A stretch of DNA of 64,000 nucleotides from Camelus ferus (GCF_009834535.1 NC_045697.1:37326001-37390000); one strand, 5' to 3'; counted from the first letter of the stretch, positions 49,521-63,385 are shown. The notes: generated by a model not told the origin, from the letters alone. Numbers and translations are program-made.

Positions 49521-50371
49521 GAAACAACTTTATTCTGATAGGAGGTTGGAAACGTGGCTGCATTTTCCAAGAAGTAGCCTGCTTCTGAAGTTTTAATTTT
49601 ATTAAACTCCATATGACATATTGAAATATCTGTTAAAATCATCTAGTTCTAAATTTCATTGAGATTGTTTTCATCCGCCAGTTCCTCATGTTTTCTTGTC
49701 TCATCCTTTGTGAATTTTATAGATATGAATACCTGCTAGAATGTAAGCATCACTTTGTTTAGTTCACTGCTGCATCTCCAATATCTAGAACAGTGCTTGG
49801 CACATAGTAGGCATTATTTATATACCTCTGTTACATAAAAGCTATTCAGGATGAAAGCTCTAAACTGATTTAGTGTTAAGACTATAAACCCGCAGAGCAA
49901 TGGTTCTTACAACATAGAGTTTGCACGCTGGCAGTGTATCAGCTAGAAGTGTCCCACAGAAGTGTCTTGTTTAACCTGCATAGTATTTTAAATTGTTTTA
50001 AATCAGTTTAAACATTGAGACCTCATATAAAAATTGCAATGCCAACTTCTCTTAAAAAGCTAGATCTAGCCACACGGGGACCACTGTCCCATGATGCAGC
50101 AGGCTGAGGCTGGGTGGTACCTGACCCTTTTGGAGGCCCACGTCCTCTCCATTTGCTTTTTCTAACAGTTTGTGTTGACCCAAGGGTCCTGCCCCGTTGC
50201 AATTATCCTGAAAATAAGTGTGGGATTTTTAAACTCGGTAAATACAGAATTTCACTATAATAACCAGAAAACTAATCAGGAATGAAGAATCAACTCAGGA
50301 AATATCTGTGCAAGATTAAGATAGTGTTAGACCTGATTGGTGCTTCAGAGATTTGTTCAAAGCTCTCTGCT

Positions 50372-50518
50372 GGGAGGAAGGTATAGCTCAGTGGTAGAGC
50401 TAGTGTTTCGCATGCATGAGGTCCTGGGCTCAATCCCCAGTACCTCCATTAAATAAATAAATAAACAAATAAATCTAATTACCCCCACCAAAAAAACTAA
50501 AAAAAAAGAAAAAAAAAC
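50372..50518 (+). mobile_element. tRNA-derived SINE (vic-1-like)
   Basis: ggtatagctcagtggtagag...gaggtcctgggctcaatccccagtacctcc; TSD aaa(g/a)ct(c/a)tctgc. Confidence 0.92.
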
Positions 50519-50599
50519 TATCTGCAAGTAGTGTAGTAGGCAGTGGGTGGAATAGAACAACTATTGCTATTCTTGAGGTTTTCCATTGTATTTATGTTT

Positions 50600-50752
50600 T
50601 TTTAAATTTCTCCTTTTTGTTTTCAATTATTTTTTTAAATGGGAGGTAATTTTAGGTTTATTTGTCAATTTTTTTAAGGAGAGTTATTGGGAATTGAACC
50701 CAGGACTTTGTGCATACTAGGTGTGTACTGTACCACTGAGCTATACCCACCC
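50600..50752 (-). mobile_element. tRNA-derived SINE (vic-1-like)
   Basis: gggaattgaacccaggact...taccactgagctataccc; TSD cttgag(g/a)ttttc. Confidence 0.88.
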
Positions 50753-51914
50753 CCATCCCGCCTTGAGATTTTCTATGTTTTTAAATTCTGGGCATGGTAT
50801 AAGAAGCTAAACTGATTTCTTCCTCTTAGGACCAGGCTAACTCAGCTTATAAAAATTACTCAAGGGCACCATGTTCCCAAAGAAAGGAGGAAACACGTAT
50901 AGGCATTTTTTAAATCTGTTACTGGGCCATATGCCTTGACAGCTGGCAAACAGCCAGTGCCTGGACAAGACAAGTCAGAGTGCTTACTGTACTGACGGAT
51001 GATGACTTAGCAGCAGCATCGTCATCATCACCACCACCACCACCACCAATGAAATTTGAGTTTTAATCTGGGCACTTGAAGACAAGTGAAGCCCCCACAC
51101 CATGTAAGCAAATCATTTGAACTTCATATAAAAAGACTCGATCAGGAAATATTGTGGCCCTGTCTGCAATCAGGGTCAAAACAACAAGTGATTTACGAGA
51201 CCTAGAAATGAGTTATTGGCCTAAGCAAATCTGGGCTGATTTCAAAATGAGAGTTAGGTTTATGATAAGAATTTTGCTTTTAGAATTTTTTTTTTTACCT
51301 CTATTCCCTTATTATTTTGGTCACTGTGGGAAAAAATAGGACTGATGAGGGTAAAAACATCCAAGTACTTCAGAGTTTGATTTAGCCTAGCAATTAGGTA
51401 CATTTTTTACAAGTGCTACTAATTGTCCCCTAAAATGAACTGGAATGCTATGAAAATGGATGTCACAGTCTAAAATTACTCATCTATTTTGAAATCTAAT
51501 TCATAGCTTCTCCTTAAATGTTTACAGATTATAGTATAAAAAAGGACTATTAAAATTATAAAATGTGTAAGTATAATTTATGAGGAATTTATCATCCATG
51601 ATTTAATTAAGTAGTTCATTGCAGCTGTTCAGTTGCATTCCCGAATAAAAATATCCCACACCCAGCAGTACTATTGAAAACCAAAAGTGTTACCACAACA
51701 GAGTTAGCTTTTCTTTCTTCTTTTTTTCCCCTAAAAATGTAAAAAAAAAACAAGAATCTAGGAAACTGGAAAAGAACACTTTTCTCAGTGTGGAAAAAAC
51801 TTAACATGTAGTCTCTCCCTGGAAGAGCTGCTCAGCTCCATGGTCAAGGACCAGAGCCTGGAAATTGGCTTCATCTGGAATTCCTGGTCTGGCCCGTGTT
51901 GGCTCCCCAGCCTA

Positions 51915-52075
51915 GAGCTCTAGAATCACTGAGAATCACTGGTGGGGCTTGTTACAAATATACATGTACCTGGAGCCTCAGATTGCTTAGTTCGAGGTTG
52001 GGACCTGGAAATCTGTAATTTGCAAGGCTCCTCAGGTGTATCTGGTGATCTGCCATATTAAGGAAGCACTGGTCC
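51915..52075. mobile_element. hAT-Charlie MITE (MER5-like)
   Basis: agaatcactggtggggcttgtta...gggacctggaaatctgtaatttgcaaggctcctcaggtg. Confidence 0.65.
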
Positions 52076-54211
52076 AGGCAGTTTCAGAGACACTAGAGAG
52101 ATTTGAAATGGATCTTTCCTCCCGTTTCCATCAAACTCAAGCGAGCCTGGAACCCATGTTGTGAAGCAGGCAAGAGCCCTCCAGGCTGGTTCAGTCCTTA
52201 CATTCCAATGTGTCAGATCCAAGGTGGGTGAGATGGGGATTGGCAGTCAGAGAGCTTTAGTTCTAGTCATCTTTTTGTTTCCAACCAGCTGTGTACAATC
52301 AATCTCACCTGCAGCATAACTGTCTGTAAAATGAAGGAGTAGGGCTAAATGGTCTCAAGACAAGATTTGACGAGAATTGTAAACCATTGGCCTCGGGCCA
52401 CATCCAGACTGCAGATTGATTTTTCTAGGACCTACATGATGTTTGAAAATGAATTTCAATTAGTTTCCCAATAGGGAGATTCCCCCCTCACCCCAGATCT
52501 AAATTTTCAACTTCTCTTGGAAAATTGGAAATTTTGGGCAACAACGCACTGTTCATTCTTACCCAACAACTGTCGCCTGGTAGAGTATGTCATTTTAAAA
52601 GAACCATGAGCTCTTGTATTCCAATGGTAACCACACTTCCCACCCACCAGCCTGTTCATACATTTATGATTCTGCTTGGTACCTGGGATGGTGGCCCTCC
52701 TGACTCTTGTCCCAAGGTCATTGACATGTCTTGTCTCTAGGCTGTTTCTAGAGGGCGGGCCCTGTGATCTTAGCTGTTGCTCATTCCTCCTTAATTTTTG
52801 AGTCAGGAAAGCAATTTCTACTATTCCTTTTTCAGGGCCTAGGGAGTCTTTAAGGAAGAAGCAAGAGTAGGAGCCTGAAGGAATGTGGTGTCCGCTTGTT
52901 CAGAAAGGATCCAAAGAGCTAAAATTTTTATGTTTACAAATCTCTCAGTACAATATACCCAAGTGGGCTTTGTTGAGGCCAAATGTTTGTATCACTGGTT
53001 ATGTGCCATTCCACCACGAGTAAAGACATTGCTAAATTGCCAGGTTTTTGCAAATTATAATGAAAATTGTACGGCACTGAATCCAAAATCTGTGTGCCAA
53101 TATAATAATTACTGCATGACTGGAATTACTGAAAGGAAGTAGCCTTTCTGGGAAAACAAAAGTGGGAAAATTTCTTTTCTGCTTTTTCAGAACCATCTAC
53201 AGTTTAAAGGTGGGACAGATAGTTGGGGTTGAGGGATGTGGGAAATGCTATTGACCTGATATACACCTGACTGTGAATTAATCAGTCCTCACAGTTATCG
53301 GAGGGATTGACCTATTCAGGGTATATTTTTCACACTGCTTCTGCCTAAACACCTTCAAAATACTCCACACGTAAAGAGTGGCCAGTGTAGCTATGATTCT
53401 CAGCTTCCCAAGGCAAATTAGTGCCAAAGGCACACTCCCTAGGTTCACATCACTCAAATCAAACATTTCTTTGTCCCCATTTATGGGCATGAGTCTATAA
53501 GACAGATAAAATCTGAGCCCAGAAGCTAGTGTGTGTTACAAGCATCTATGCAAGTGACAAAAATATCCATTGGCTGTTTTAAAGGAGTCTAGTGTTGAGA
53601 AACGAACAACATGCTAAGGAAACAGGAGGAAGGTACCATTTAGGATGGGCCTGGTAGAATGGGCTGTGTTGGGTGGTGAAATGATGGGGAGCATTTAGGC
53701 AAAGGGCCTGACAATAGCACTCGTGTTTTATGAACCCTGAAAGTTCCTGCTATGCCTGGAATGAAAGCTTCTAGGGTGATGAGAGAAATAAAAAGGAGAA
53801 TTGGCAAGAAATAAGGCTAGAAAGCTAAATTACAGCCAAATCGAGAAGGTTTGGAATGCCATGTTAAGGCATTGGAGCATTATTTTTAGGTAATAGTGAT
53901 AGTCACTGAAGGTTTTTGAGATGGACCTTGAAATTAGCATATTTTTATTTTAGCAAAATAACTCTCCCTGTAGTGTTCAGTATGGATCGGAGGGGTGGAG
54001 GGGTGGAGTGGCGGTGGGAGGGAGAGACAAAGTTATTTTGAGGTTTTTAACTTAGATTTGTTATCATTTTCTCCCTGAAATCTGAAAGGTCAAATATCTT
54101 AATTTTAATATATGAATTTATATCTTGTTTAATGATGTGGTTTAATGTTAATTTTAGGTTTGAGTAAGAGGCCACCCAGTAAATTGAATTATTTTGTTAA
54201 AGTAATACACT

Positions 54212-54920
54212 CTTTTGTATTGAAGCATAGTTGATTTACAATACTATATGAGTTTCAGGGGCACAGCATAGTGAGTCAATATTTTTACAGATTATATTCC
54301 ATAAAAAGTATTATAAGATAATGGTTATAATTCCCCATGCTATACAATACATCCTTATTACTTATCTATTTTATACATAGTAGTTTGTATCTCTTAATCT
54401 CATACCCCTAATTTGGCCCTCCCCTCTTCCCTCTCCTCTTTGGTAACCCCTAGTTTGTTTTCCATGTCTGTGAGTCTGTTTCTGTTTTGCATATATATTC
54501 ATTTGTATAATTTTTAAAAATTCTACATATAAGTGATACCATACAATACTTGTCTTTCTCTGCCTGACTTATTTCATTAAGCATAATAATCTCCAGATCC
54601 ATCCACAGTGCTGTAAATGGCAGAATTTCCTTCTTTTTTATGGTTAATATTCTATTTTTTTATGGTATAATATGCACATACTACATCTTGTTTATCCACT
54701 CATCTGTTGATGGACACTTAGGTTACTTCCATATCTTGGCTACTATAAATAGTGCTCCAAAGAACACTAGGGTGCATGTATCTTTTGAAATTTGTGTTTT
54801 CACTTTTTTCTGGATATATACCCAGGAGTGAGATCGCTGGATCACACGGTAGTCCTATCTTTAGTTTTTTTGAGGAATCTCCATGCTGTTTCCCGTAGCG
54901 GCTACATCAATTTACATATT
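54212..54920 (-). mobile_element. L1 3' fragment
   Basis: attgaagcatagttgatttacaat...catctgttgatggacacttaggtt...ttgaggaatctccatgctgtttccc. Confidence 0.9.
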
Positions 54921-56195
54921 CTAATGTACTCTTCATTAAAAAGTAGTATAGCTAAAAAAACAACCACAGTTCAGTTATTTAAGGATTTCCTTCTCCTCTT
55001 TATGAATTTCCTATGGTCTTTTCCTCTTCCTCCTCATTTTCCTTTCACTGAGTCTAAGCAGTTTGCAGTGACTTTGGAGCAGTTGTATAAAGCCTGGGCA
55101 CTGAAGCAGGGATGGTAATGTTTCAGACACAGTTTGGGGGACTGAATGACCCTCAAGATCCCTGTTCTCTTTTGCTACAGATAGCTGACAGTGTCATAAG
55201 ACGTATGGGATGGAAACTATCAAGTCAAATGTGATAATAAGCCAATAAACCAAAAATCTGATCATGACAAGAAGCAGGAATGCAAAAGAAGAGTAACCCA
55301 CTGAGAAGGGGGAAAAACAGAACACACATGCTAATATTTCTGGTATGTTTTACATTGGTCCATTAACTACGGAACCTGTTTCAGCCTCATGGAAAATGGA
55401 TGATTTTCGGTAGAGTCTACCAATGACAGACTGGGGAATTTTGAAGGGAGCCCTGACATATAAAATACAATTACAACCACGTAAAATGTCTTATTGCTGA
55501 GTGTGTTACTATTGCACTGCACCGAGACATACTTAAAAGTTCAATTCTTGTGAAATACGGAAAATGACAGCTGATAAGGACTATAAAGTTGTTTCATGAA
55601 TTTCACATGACTTGGGATACATTCTGCCCACTGAGATGCAAGGCTGAAGAAAAATCCCACAGAATGAGGGAAGGCTGAACTTAATATTTCATTATTTTGC
55701 TAATACTCTTATTATTTTGGAGAACTATTCACAAGCTGCTTTATAAGTATTTTCATTAACTAGAGCTATTGCTAATTATGAGTCAATATTATCTTCATAA
55801 AAATTATACAATTTCAGACCGTTTTAGTTGGAAAGATGGCAAAGAGCAGTGAGTATACTCACAGAGTTCACATTATGAGCAAAGAGGAGTCACCTGCCTC
55901 CAAGTTCCTAGAGGTACCAGTGATGAACACTAGGGCCCTATGACAGCAATTCTCTGTTATGTAATCAGAAAAATCCACAGCTGATACAAGACTATCTGTT
56001 CCTTTCCTACCAATCCACCAAGGTTAGGGCCTCCCGAGTCAGACAGTCTTGGACTGGAAAGCTGCTCTGTTGCTTACTAGCTGTGTGGTTTAGAGCAAGC
56101 CTCTAAACTTGCCATGCCTCAGTTTCCAAATCTGTAAAATGGAGACAATAATATCCCAGGGTGGTTTTGAGTGTTAATTGAGACAATTCATCTAA

Positions 56196-56415
56196 AGCAG
56201 GGTTTACCAACCTTGTCTTTTAGGGGCTGGATAATTCTTTGTGGTGGGCGAGTAGTCCTGTGCACTGTACCATGTTTAGCCACATCCCTGGCCTCCATCC
56301 ACTAAATGCCAGTACCCTCCCTGTGATCTCTTCTCCCCTGGACAAAACAATTAAAATATCTCCAGGCATTGCCAAATGTCCCCTGGTGGGCACAACCACT
56401 CCCCTCTCCTCAACC
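56196..56415. mobile_element. MER20 (hAT-Charlie) inserted in a MIR
   Basis: gctggataattctttgtggtggg...cctgtgcactgta...catccctggcctccatccactaaatgccagta...cattgccaaatgtcccctg; MIR text on both sides (~56030-56195, ~56420-56480). Confidence 0.85.
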
Positions 56416-57511
56416 AATGACTTTAATAAGGTACTTGGCACATAGTAAATGCTCAAAATACATTAGCTATTATTATCATTTTGTATTGTCATCAAGGAAT
56501 GGTAACTGTGCACACAAAATCTCTTTGTTTCTCTCCTTGGTCTTGGTGAGGATGCGCAGACAAATGGTCAAATGCACAGAGCAGGAAAGGATGAGCCACA
56601 ATCTGTATCATCAGCTCCTGACAGTTTTATTCAACATAGTGATTTTCTTTTTTGCCCCTGCCTCTAAGGAAAAGAAGGTGACCCAACCCTTGGATGCCTC
56701 CTGAGACTTTTAGATTTTACCAGGCTGTGTAGATGCCCGAGTGAAAGGAACATTGTCACATTACCAAGCCGGCTGGATGAGAAAAGGGAAAAAGAGAACA
56801 TGGTTAAATCACTCACGTGCTCTTCTACAAGTTGCGTTCTGGTGAGCTAAGCCATCTGGAATGTAATTTCCATGTATTTCTTCACCTCTCACCTTCCACC
56901 GTCGCTATTACTTAACCTACTGACCCAGACAGCTGCTGATTAACATTTAATACATGTTGAAATGTTAGTGGGCTTTGAACCAAACATGAAGAAGTTTCTG
57001 ACTTGCTTTTAGCTCTTTGCCCTTGAACCATTTCATGAGTAATTCTTTACAGCTCTGCTCTTCCATTGCTCTAAACATGGCACATATTTTTTTTTAAGAT
57101 AAAAATGAACAAATTATGAACAGAGTTCCCCTCCCCACCCCCATGCACGCCAGCTTTCATTCATTTACTGAATGTTGATGGAGAGTCAATGCTAAGGTCT
57201 CAATGAGCAGACATGGTGGTGGTTTCCCAGTTGCTGTGGTGGGAGAAGCCAGGGAGGCAGGACCTGGGAGACAGACAGGTAAATGGGTGATTATAATACA
57301 GAGTGAGAAGTGCTCTGACATGGACGGGGTGTCAGAAGTCACATCAACTGAAATGCATAGTGGGGCCCCTAACTCAGTCTTCGGGGGTTAGAAATGTGGC
57401 CTCCATGTAAAAACAAAAAGAAAATTATCCCCACTGCCCTCATAAATCAATAAAGTAGGAAAGTAAGTACATAGGTAAGTCATATTGATGATAAAAATAC
57501 AAAACTCAAAA

Positions 57512-57875
57512 CAAAATATCATATGATATCATTTATATGTGGAATCTAAAAGAAATATACAAATTCTATTTACAAACCCAAAACAGACTCATGGACATAG
57601 AAAATTAACCATGGTTACCAAGGGGAAGAGGGGGTGTGGGAGGGATAAATTAGGAGTTTGGGATTAACAGATACACATTACTGTATATAAAATAGATAAA
57701 CAACAAGGATCTACTGGATAGCACAGGGAAATATATTCAGTATCTTGTAATAACATATAATGAAAAGAATCTGAATATATATGTAAGTATATGTACAACT
57801 GAATTGCTTTACTGGACATCTGAAACTAACTTTCTAAATTAACTACACTTCAATAAAAAATAAAATTAAAAAAAA
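57512..57875 (+). mobile_element. L1 3' end
   Basis: atgatatcatttatatgtggaatctaaaa...atggttaccaagggga...aactacacttcaataaaaaa; TSD aaaaaat(a/g)caaaactca. Confidence 0.9.
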
Positions 57876-58250
57876 TGCAAAACTCAGTCAAGGAGGAACC
57901 TGGAAGTTGGTGACATCTGAAGCGTGTAGCCCTGGGATGTGCAAAATGCAGACGTATTCGAGGATGGGAATGTTTAATTTGACATTAAGTATTTATGAAT
58001 TCCCAAGTTTTTTCCGGGAAATAGTTGATGCAGCTAAATTTGGCAGAGGGCCACTTATTTTTTTATTTTTTAAATTGTAAAAGTAATACATGAACATACT
58101 CGAATAAAAGTTCAAACAGTACAGAAAGAAAAAGTGGAAGAAGTGAACTCTCCTTCTTCCGTCCCCCCCCCCTTCCCCAACCCTGCTGTCCCTGCCTAAG
58201 ATGAACAGTTTACAGTTTGGTATGTATCACTTCAGAAATGTAGTTCTACG

Positions 58251-58332
58251 TTAGGTGGAACCAGGTAAAATTGCCATTTTCGTTAGTCAGAAATGGTCAA
58301 ATTATCAGTACCTTTGTATGAGTCCACGTAAT
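58251..58332. mobile_element. Mariner MITE (MADE2-like, ~80 bp)
   Basis: ttaggtggaaccaggtaaaattgcc ... ctttgtatgagtccacgtaata, degenerate terminal inverted repeats. Confidence 0.55.
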
Positions 58333-59129
58333 ATTTCACATGATTTGAGTCTTCTTCACATATTATTCTGGATGTCCCTTTTTCTTTAACAGCGTATCTT
58401 TACACTTCTATGTGAATAAGCAGAGCTCAACTTTATTTCTTCGGCATGTAATATCTCTAAAAGGACTGTTAAAAAAAAATAATAATCCTGAGATGATAAA
58501 TTAAGACTCTAGAGAAGAGGAGAGGCTGATGATGGCAGAGTTGCTGGAAATATTACTCATAATTTGCTACTATTTGAAAAATAAACTGCTTGCCTGAGGT
58601 CAGCCTGACTGGAAGGCCCAGTTCTTTCCAAGGGGCCCAGTGTCCATGGTTAAGAAGCTTTTCAGTTTGCAAACAAAAGAACGCCCCATCCCCTCCACTG
58701 TGCTGGGCTGGCTCTCGCTGCCTCGTGTAATTTACCTTTCAGCCGCCCTGCGTTCTGTGACTGCACTGTGCCGGGCTCCAGGCTGTCTGGGAGAGAGGCC
58801 GGCTGGCTCCAAGGCCCAGAGGCCGGAGTCTACGACTCAGACTAAGTTTTTCTGTTAACAACAAATATTAACTTGGTTTCTGATGACTGCCAGAGTCTGA
58901 GGATAGTACCTGATCCTCCTAGATTGGTGTCTAGTATAATTTTTCTTAATTGCTATTTTTCATAATCATGCCCTCAGAGGGCAATCTGAGGGGAAACAGC
59001 CTTGGATTTATGGTCAGAAAACTTGCCTTTAAATGTCTGCTCTATGGTTTATTAAAACGGATAGTCTTTGGCTGAATCACTGCTCCTCACTGAACCACAA
59101 TTGGTTTTAATAGCTATAAAATTAAGACA

Positions 59130-59330
59130 GTAAAAAATATCTGTCATTTATTGGGTGCTTGCTGTATGACAGGTACAGCTTGTAGCACTTTACATATATC
59201 AATGCATGTAAGTGTCACCACAGCCCTATGAGGTGGTTGTGGTATTATTTTTATTCCAATTTACAGATGAGAAAACTGAGCTGCAGAGGTTAAATAACTT
59301 GCCCAATGTTACATAGCCAGGGAGTGAGAG
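59130..59330 (-). mobile_element. MIR
   Basis: cagccctatgaggt...ttacagatgagaaaactgagctgcagaggttaaataacttgccca. Confidence 0.85.
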
Positions 59331-59374
59331 GAATGAAAGCCAGCGATGCAATGCTTTGAGGAAGTTTAAAGAAT

Positions 59375-59575
59375 ATGTAGATAAACAACAAGGTCCTACT
59401 GTGGAGCACAGGGAACTATATTCAATATCTTATAATGACCTATGCAGAAAAAGAATATATATATACATATATATTTACATATAGAATTGAATCTCTATGC
59501 TGTGCACCAGAAATGAACACAACATTGCAAATCAACTATACTTCAATTTTAAAAAGATATAAAAAAATAAATAAA
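59375..59575 (+). mobile_element. L1 3' end
   Basis: gataaacaacaaggtcctactgtggagcacagggaactatattcaatatctt...aatcaactatacttcaatt. Confidence 0.85.
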
Positions 59576-60224
59576 ATGAGGGGTTTTAGCATCTCTTCTT
59601 GGCCACCAGGACAAAGAGTTGGTGATTTTTTTTTTTCCTTCAACTTTTGCCCCCAAATCAGAGAATCATTAGCATTTCGATGCTGAATGGAAACTTGGAG
59701 ACGGTAAAGGGCAAACCTCTCATGTGAAGGGAGAAAGACACTGGGCCCAGAGCATGGAGCAACTTGGGCAAAGTTCAAGCTTGCTGATGATCCTTGGGGC
59801 CATGGATCTTGCTGCTCACTGCCCTCAGCCATGCCCATGGTTTTTCCCATTTGGTTAAATACTGTAAACAAATTAAAAAAACAAAACATACTGTTCATGG
59901 TTAAAAGTTAAATATCTACAATAGTATAATGGACCTCAGGAGTCTCACTACCCAGCTTCAACAATCATCAGCCACTTGGCCAATCTGGCTTCATCTGTAT
60001 TCCCACCCACTGCCGCCACCTCCTCCCCCAGTCCCCACTGGGTGATTCTGAAGGGAATCTCAAGCATCACACATTTCATCATAAATACTGTCCATATCTA
60101 AACTATATGGACTCTGTTTTTGATATGACCGCAATGCTATTACCACTCCTTAAAAATAACAGTATTGCTTAATGTCTTCAAACAGCCTGTCAGGGTTCAA
60201 GTTGCCCCATTTGCCACAGTTAAT

Positions 60225-60352
60225 TTTATTTTTTCTTGGGGGGGGGCAGTAATTACATTTATGTATTTATTTATTTTTAATGGAGGTACTGGGGATTGAA
60301 CCCAGCACCTCGAGCATGCTAAGCATGCCCTCTACCTCTGAGCTGTATCTCC
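60225..60352 (-). mobile_element. tRNA-derived SINE (vic-1-like)
   Basis: ggaggtactggggattgaacccagcacctcgagcatgctaagcatgccctctacctctgagct. Confidence 0.92.
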
Positions 60353-60890
60353 CTCTGCCATTTACTGTTTTAAGAGTTAGTTGGCAGCAAGCAAGTTCTG
60401 AACTTTTAACCAAATGCAAGACACTGTGGAGGACACAGGGATGGTGGAAAAACAATCCCAACCTTTGGTTCTGAACAGTCAAGTATGAAGTTGAAAACCC
60501 TTCTACCAAAGTGGAACAAACATCCACCCTGGCTTACTGGCACCAGCTCGCTGGCTGCCTGGGTTCCAGCCAATCTCCACCACTTACCGCCCAGGTGATC
60601 TTAAGGAAGTCACTTGATCTTTCAATGCTCTTCTCTCGTTATCTGTAAAATGAGGCTAATGACAGACCGATTTCTAAGGGTTGTTTGGAATAGAAACGTG
60701 TTACTACAGGCAAACACTTAGATCAGCATATGAAACACCATAATTACTTAATAAACATTATTATTATTACATTCTGAAACAGCTATGATCCATTAATAAG
60801 TCTTAAAGGCACTTTATAGTAGAAAGGTGGGCAGCTCTGGTTATTACGACATAAATAATAATAATACATAATAATAATTGTTATGTATAG

Positions 60891-60895
60891 TGATA

Positions 60896-60923
<28 letters not shown>
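60891..60923 (+). repeat. (GAT)n microsatellite
   Basis: tgataatgatgatgatgatgatgatgatgatgat. Confidence 0.95.
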
Positions 60924-60927
<4 letters not shown>

Positions 60928-62435
60928 GGCCAGGATTTATTTTTTTTAAGGTACAAGTTAGTTAAAATTAATTGACTTATTGTCAATCACAATTAATGGG
61001 CAAGTGATTTTGCACTCGTATTCTTTCTCTCTCTCTCATTTTTACTTATATTCTCTCTCTGGGTTCACACCTCCCCCTAAGCTGAGGTCAGAATTCAATC
61101 CCTGCAGACGCATCTCCAAGGCATTTCTGTCTTAAAGGGCCCTGGGGATAGAAGAAATCTGATTCCTAATTGAAAAGAGGTAGCCACAGAGAGGTTGCTA
61201 TAATCTTATTCTCAAGATAACCATTCATCCTAGATTGTTTGGTTTCTGGCTGTTGTCCCCTTTCACTCCCCAAAGTGTCTCAAGCCCCTTCCTTACCCCA
61301 GCCTCTCCCCATTTCCACAATCACGGTAACTACCAGAGGGCTACGGGCAAACCAAGACCAGAGCTACTTCCGACACTGGGAACGGTTTCTGCTACAGCAC
61401 TGGTGTTACAAAAGCCTTGTTCATATTGCTATCCCTTCAAAAGTAAAAACAGTTTCTATCATTCAGGAATGTGGGATGGGTCCCTAATCTGAGATCATTT
61501 TATTGCAAATTTTAAGAACTGCAAGTGGATTAAACAATTCTATCCCCTCCCTCCCCAATCAGAAGACCTGATTTATATGTACTTTTTTCTGTGTGTTAAA
61601 TACGCTTTTTCTCCTGGTATTTACTCAGTCATTGAATGCTTTTAATCATAAAACAAGTTTTTCTTTCTTCCTTCCTCCTGCAATGTGACTTTTTTATCAG
61701 ATCCTAAGGAAAACGTCAAAAGGTAAAAAGGTCATGGCGTTCAGTATGAGATTAAGACAGATTTGGATTATACAAATTTATGACAACAATAATAATTTCA
61801 GCAAAAGAAGCTGGATTTCTTGGAGCCCCAATAAGCCCTGGCAAAATAAAAATTATGGTAAGAGGATGCATAATTTATCAGAAACTCCATTTTGCAGACA
61901 CACAGTACCTACTGCGTGCACCGTGGCTTTGTTTTGGGCAAGCCCTTCAGTGAGACCCACAGTTGAATTACAGCACGGCTTCCTCAAAGATTGTGTTATT
62001 TAGTGGAAAGGCTATGACAAGGTTACAAATAATTCTAATATAAGGCAATGAAAGATAACATGACTTAAAAGATGTCTGAACCATGGGCTGTGGGGATTTA
62101 TGGAACACAAATGTGACTCTGAAGTTTAGAAATATTCCTGATTCTGGGAAGTAACATGGATTTAGATAAGAGGCCCTATCAAGCTGTTATTTATTTATTC
62201 ATATTTGTACAATGCTCCAGGCAGAGCAATGGCTGCTGATAAGTATGATAAAATAATCTTTCAGTGTCATATTTTAAGTACTAAAATGATATATATTTAA
62301 GTACTAAATATTAAGTACCAAAAGTATATAAATAAACAAAAAAGATTTTAAAATTCACACTGCCTTCCACAAATTTCCATGTTTTTCTCTGGATTTATCC
62401 CTTCCATTTTCTAATGTTCATTCCTCCATCTTGGC

Positions 62436-62478
<43 letters not shown>

Positions 62479-62596
62479 TTATTTTTAGGGGGAGGTAATT
62501 AGGTTTTTGTTTATTTATTTGACGAAGGTACTGGTGATTGAATCCAGGACCTCGTGCATCTAAGCATTCGCTCTACCACTGAGCTATATCCTCCCC
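62436..62596 (-). mobile_element. tRNA-derived SINE (vic-1-like) with (TTTA)n tail
   Basis: (ttta)n then ggtactggtgattgaatccaggacctcgtgcatctaagcattcgctctaccactgagcta. Confidence 0.92.
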
Positions 62597-62944
62597 ACAC
62601 TGCCTTGGCTTTAGATTCTGTTTTCCTCTCCCCTTTTCAACCATCCTCCCCCACAAGCTGGATTTTCAAAATCTCCCTCTCTGGTGTTTTCACCTCAGCC
62701 TACCAGCTGCTCAAGGCTTCCCAGTCTCCCTTTGATCTCTTGTTCCAATGCCCTCCTTCCTTATACCATTCAATCTCTTGAAAATTTATCAAACAATAAA
62801 TCCCTGGATCTACCTCTGTACCTCTACTGTATTGTTCAACCCACTGCAGCATGAATTCTGGCATCACAAACTGTGTGTCTGTGTCTGTGTGTGTGAATAT
62901 GTGTTTAGTCACCAATGACCTCTAGGTTAACTAGAGAAGCAAAT

Positions 62945-63132
62945 TATCACGGGAACGAAGCACAGGGGCTATGAAGTCGGCCTGCCAAGGATCCACATCT
63001 TGGAGCAAATTTAGTGCAAGTTACTTAAGTCCCCTGAGCCTCAGTTTCCTCATCTGTAAAGCGGGGGAGACCAGGACTACCTACCTGGTAGAGTTATTGT
63101 GAGGATGAAATGAGCGAGTTGATATAAAGAAT
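62945..63132 (+). mobile_element. MIR
   Basis: caagttacttaagtcccctgagcctcagtttcctcatctgtaaa...gttattgtgaggatgaaatgag. Confidence 0.85.
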
Positions 63133-63134
63133 TT

Positions 63135-63385
63135 GGGGGGTGGGAAGGGATAAACTGGGAGTTTGAGATTTGCAGATACTGACTAATGTATATAAAATAC
63201 GATAAACAAGTTTATACTGTATTGCACAGGGAAATATATTCAATATCTTGTAGTACTAGTTCATGGTGAAAAAGAATATGAAAATGAATATACGTATATT
63301 CATGTATGACTGAAGCATTGTGCTGTAGAACAGAAATTGACACAGCATTGTGAAATGACTATATCTCAATAAAAAAAAAAGAGGA
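63135..63385 (+). mobile_element. Young L1 3' end
   Basis: gggtgggaagggataaactgggagtttgagatttgcagatact...gactatatctcaataaaa; TSD aaagaatttgg. Confidence 0.88.

Noticed and set aside
51015..51048. CAT/CAC run resembling a poly-His coding tract
   Set aside because: Flanked by stops with no exon context; a simple trinucleotide repeat.
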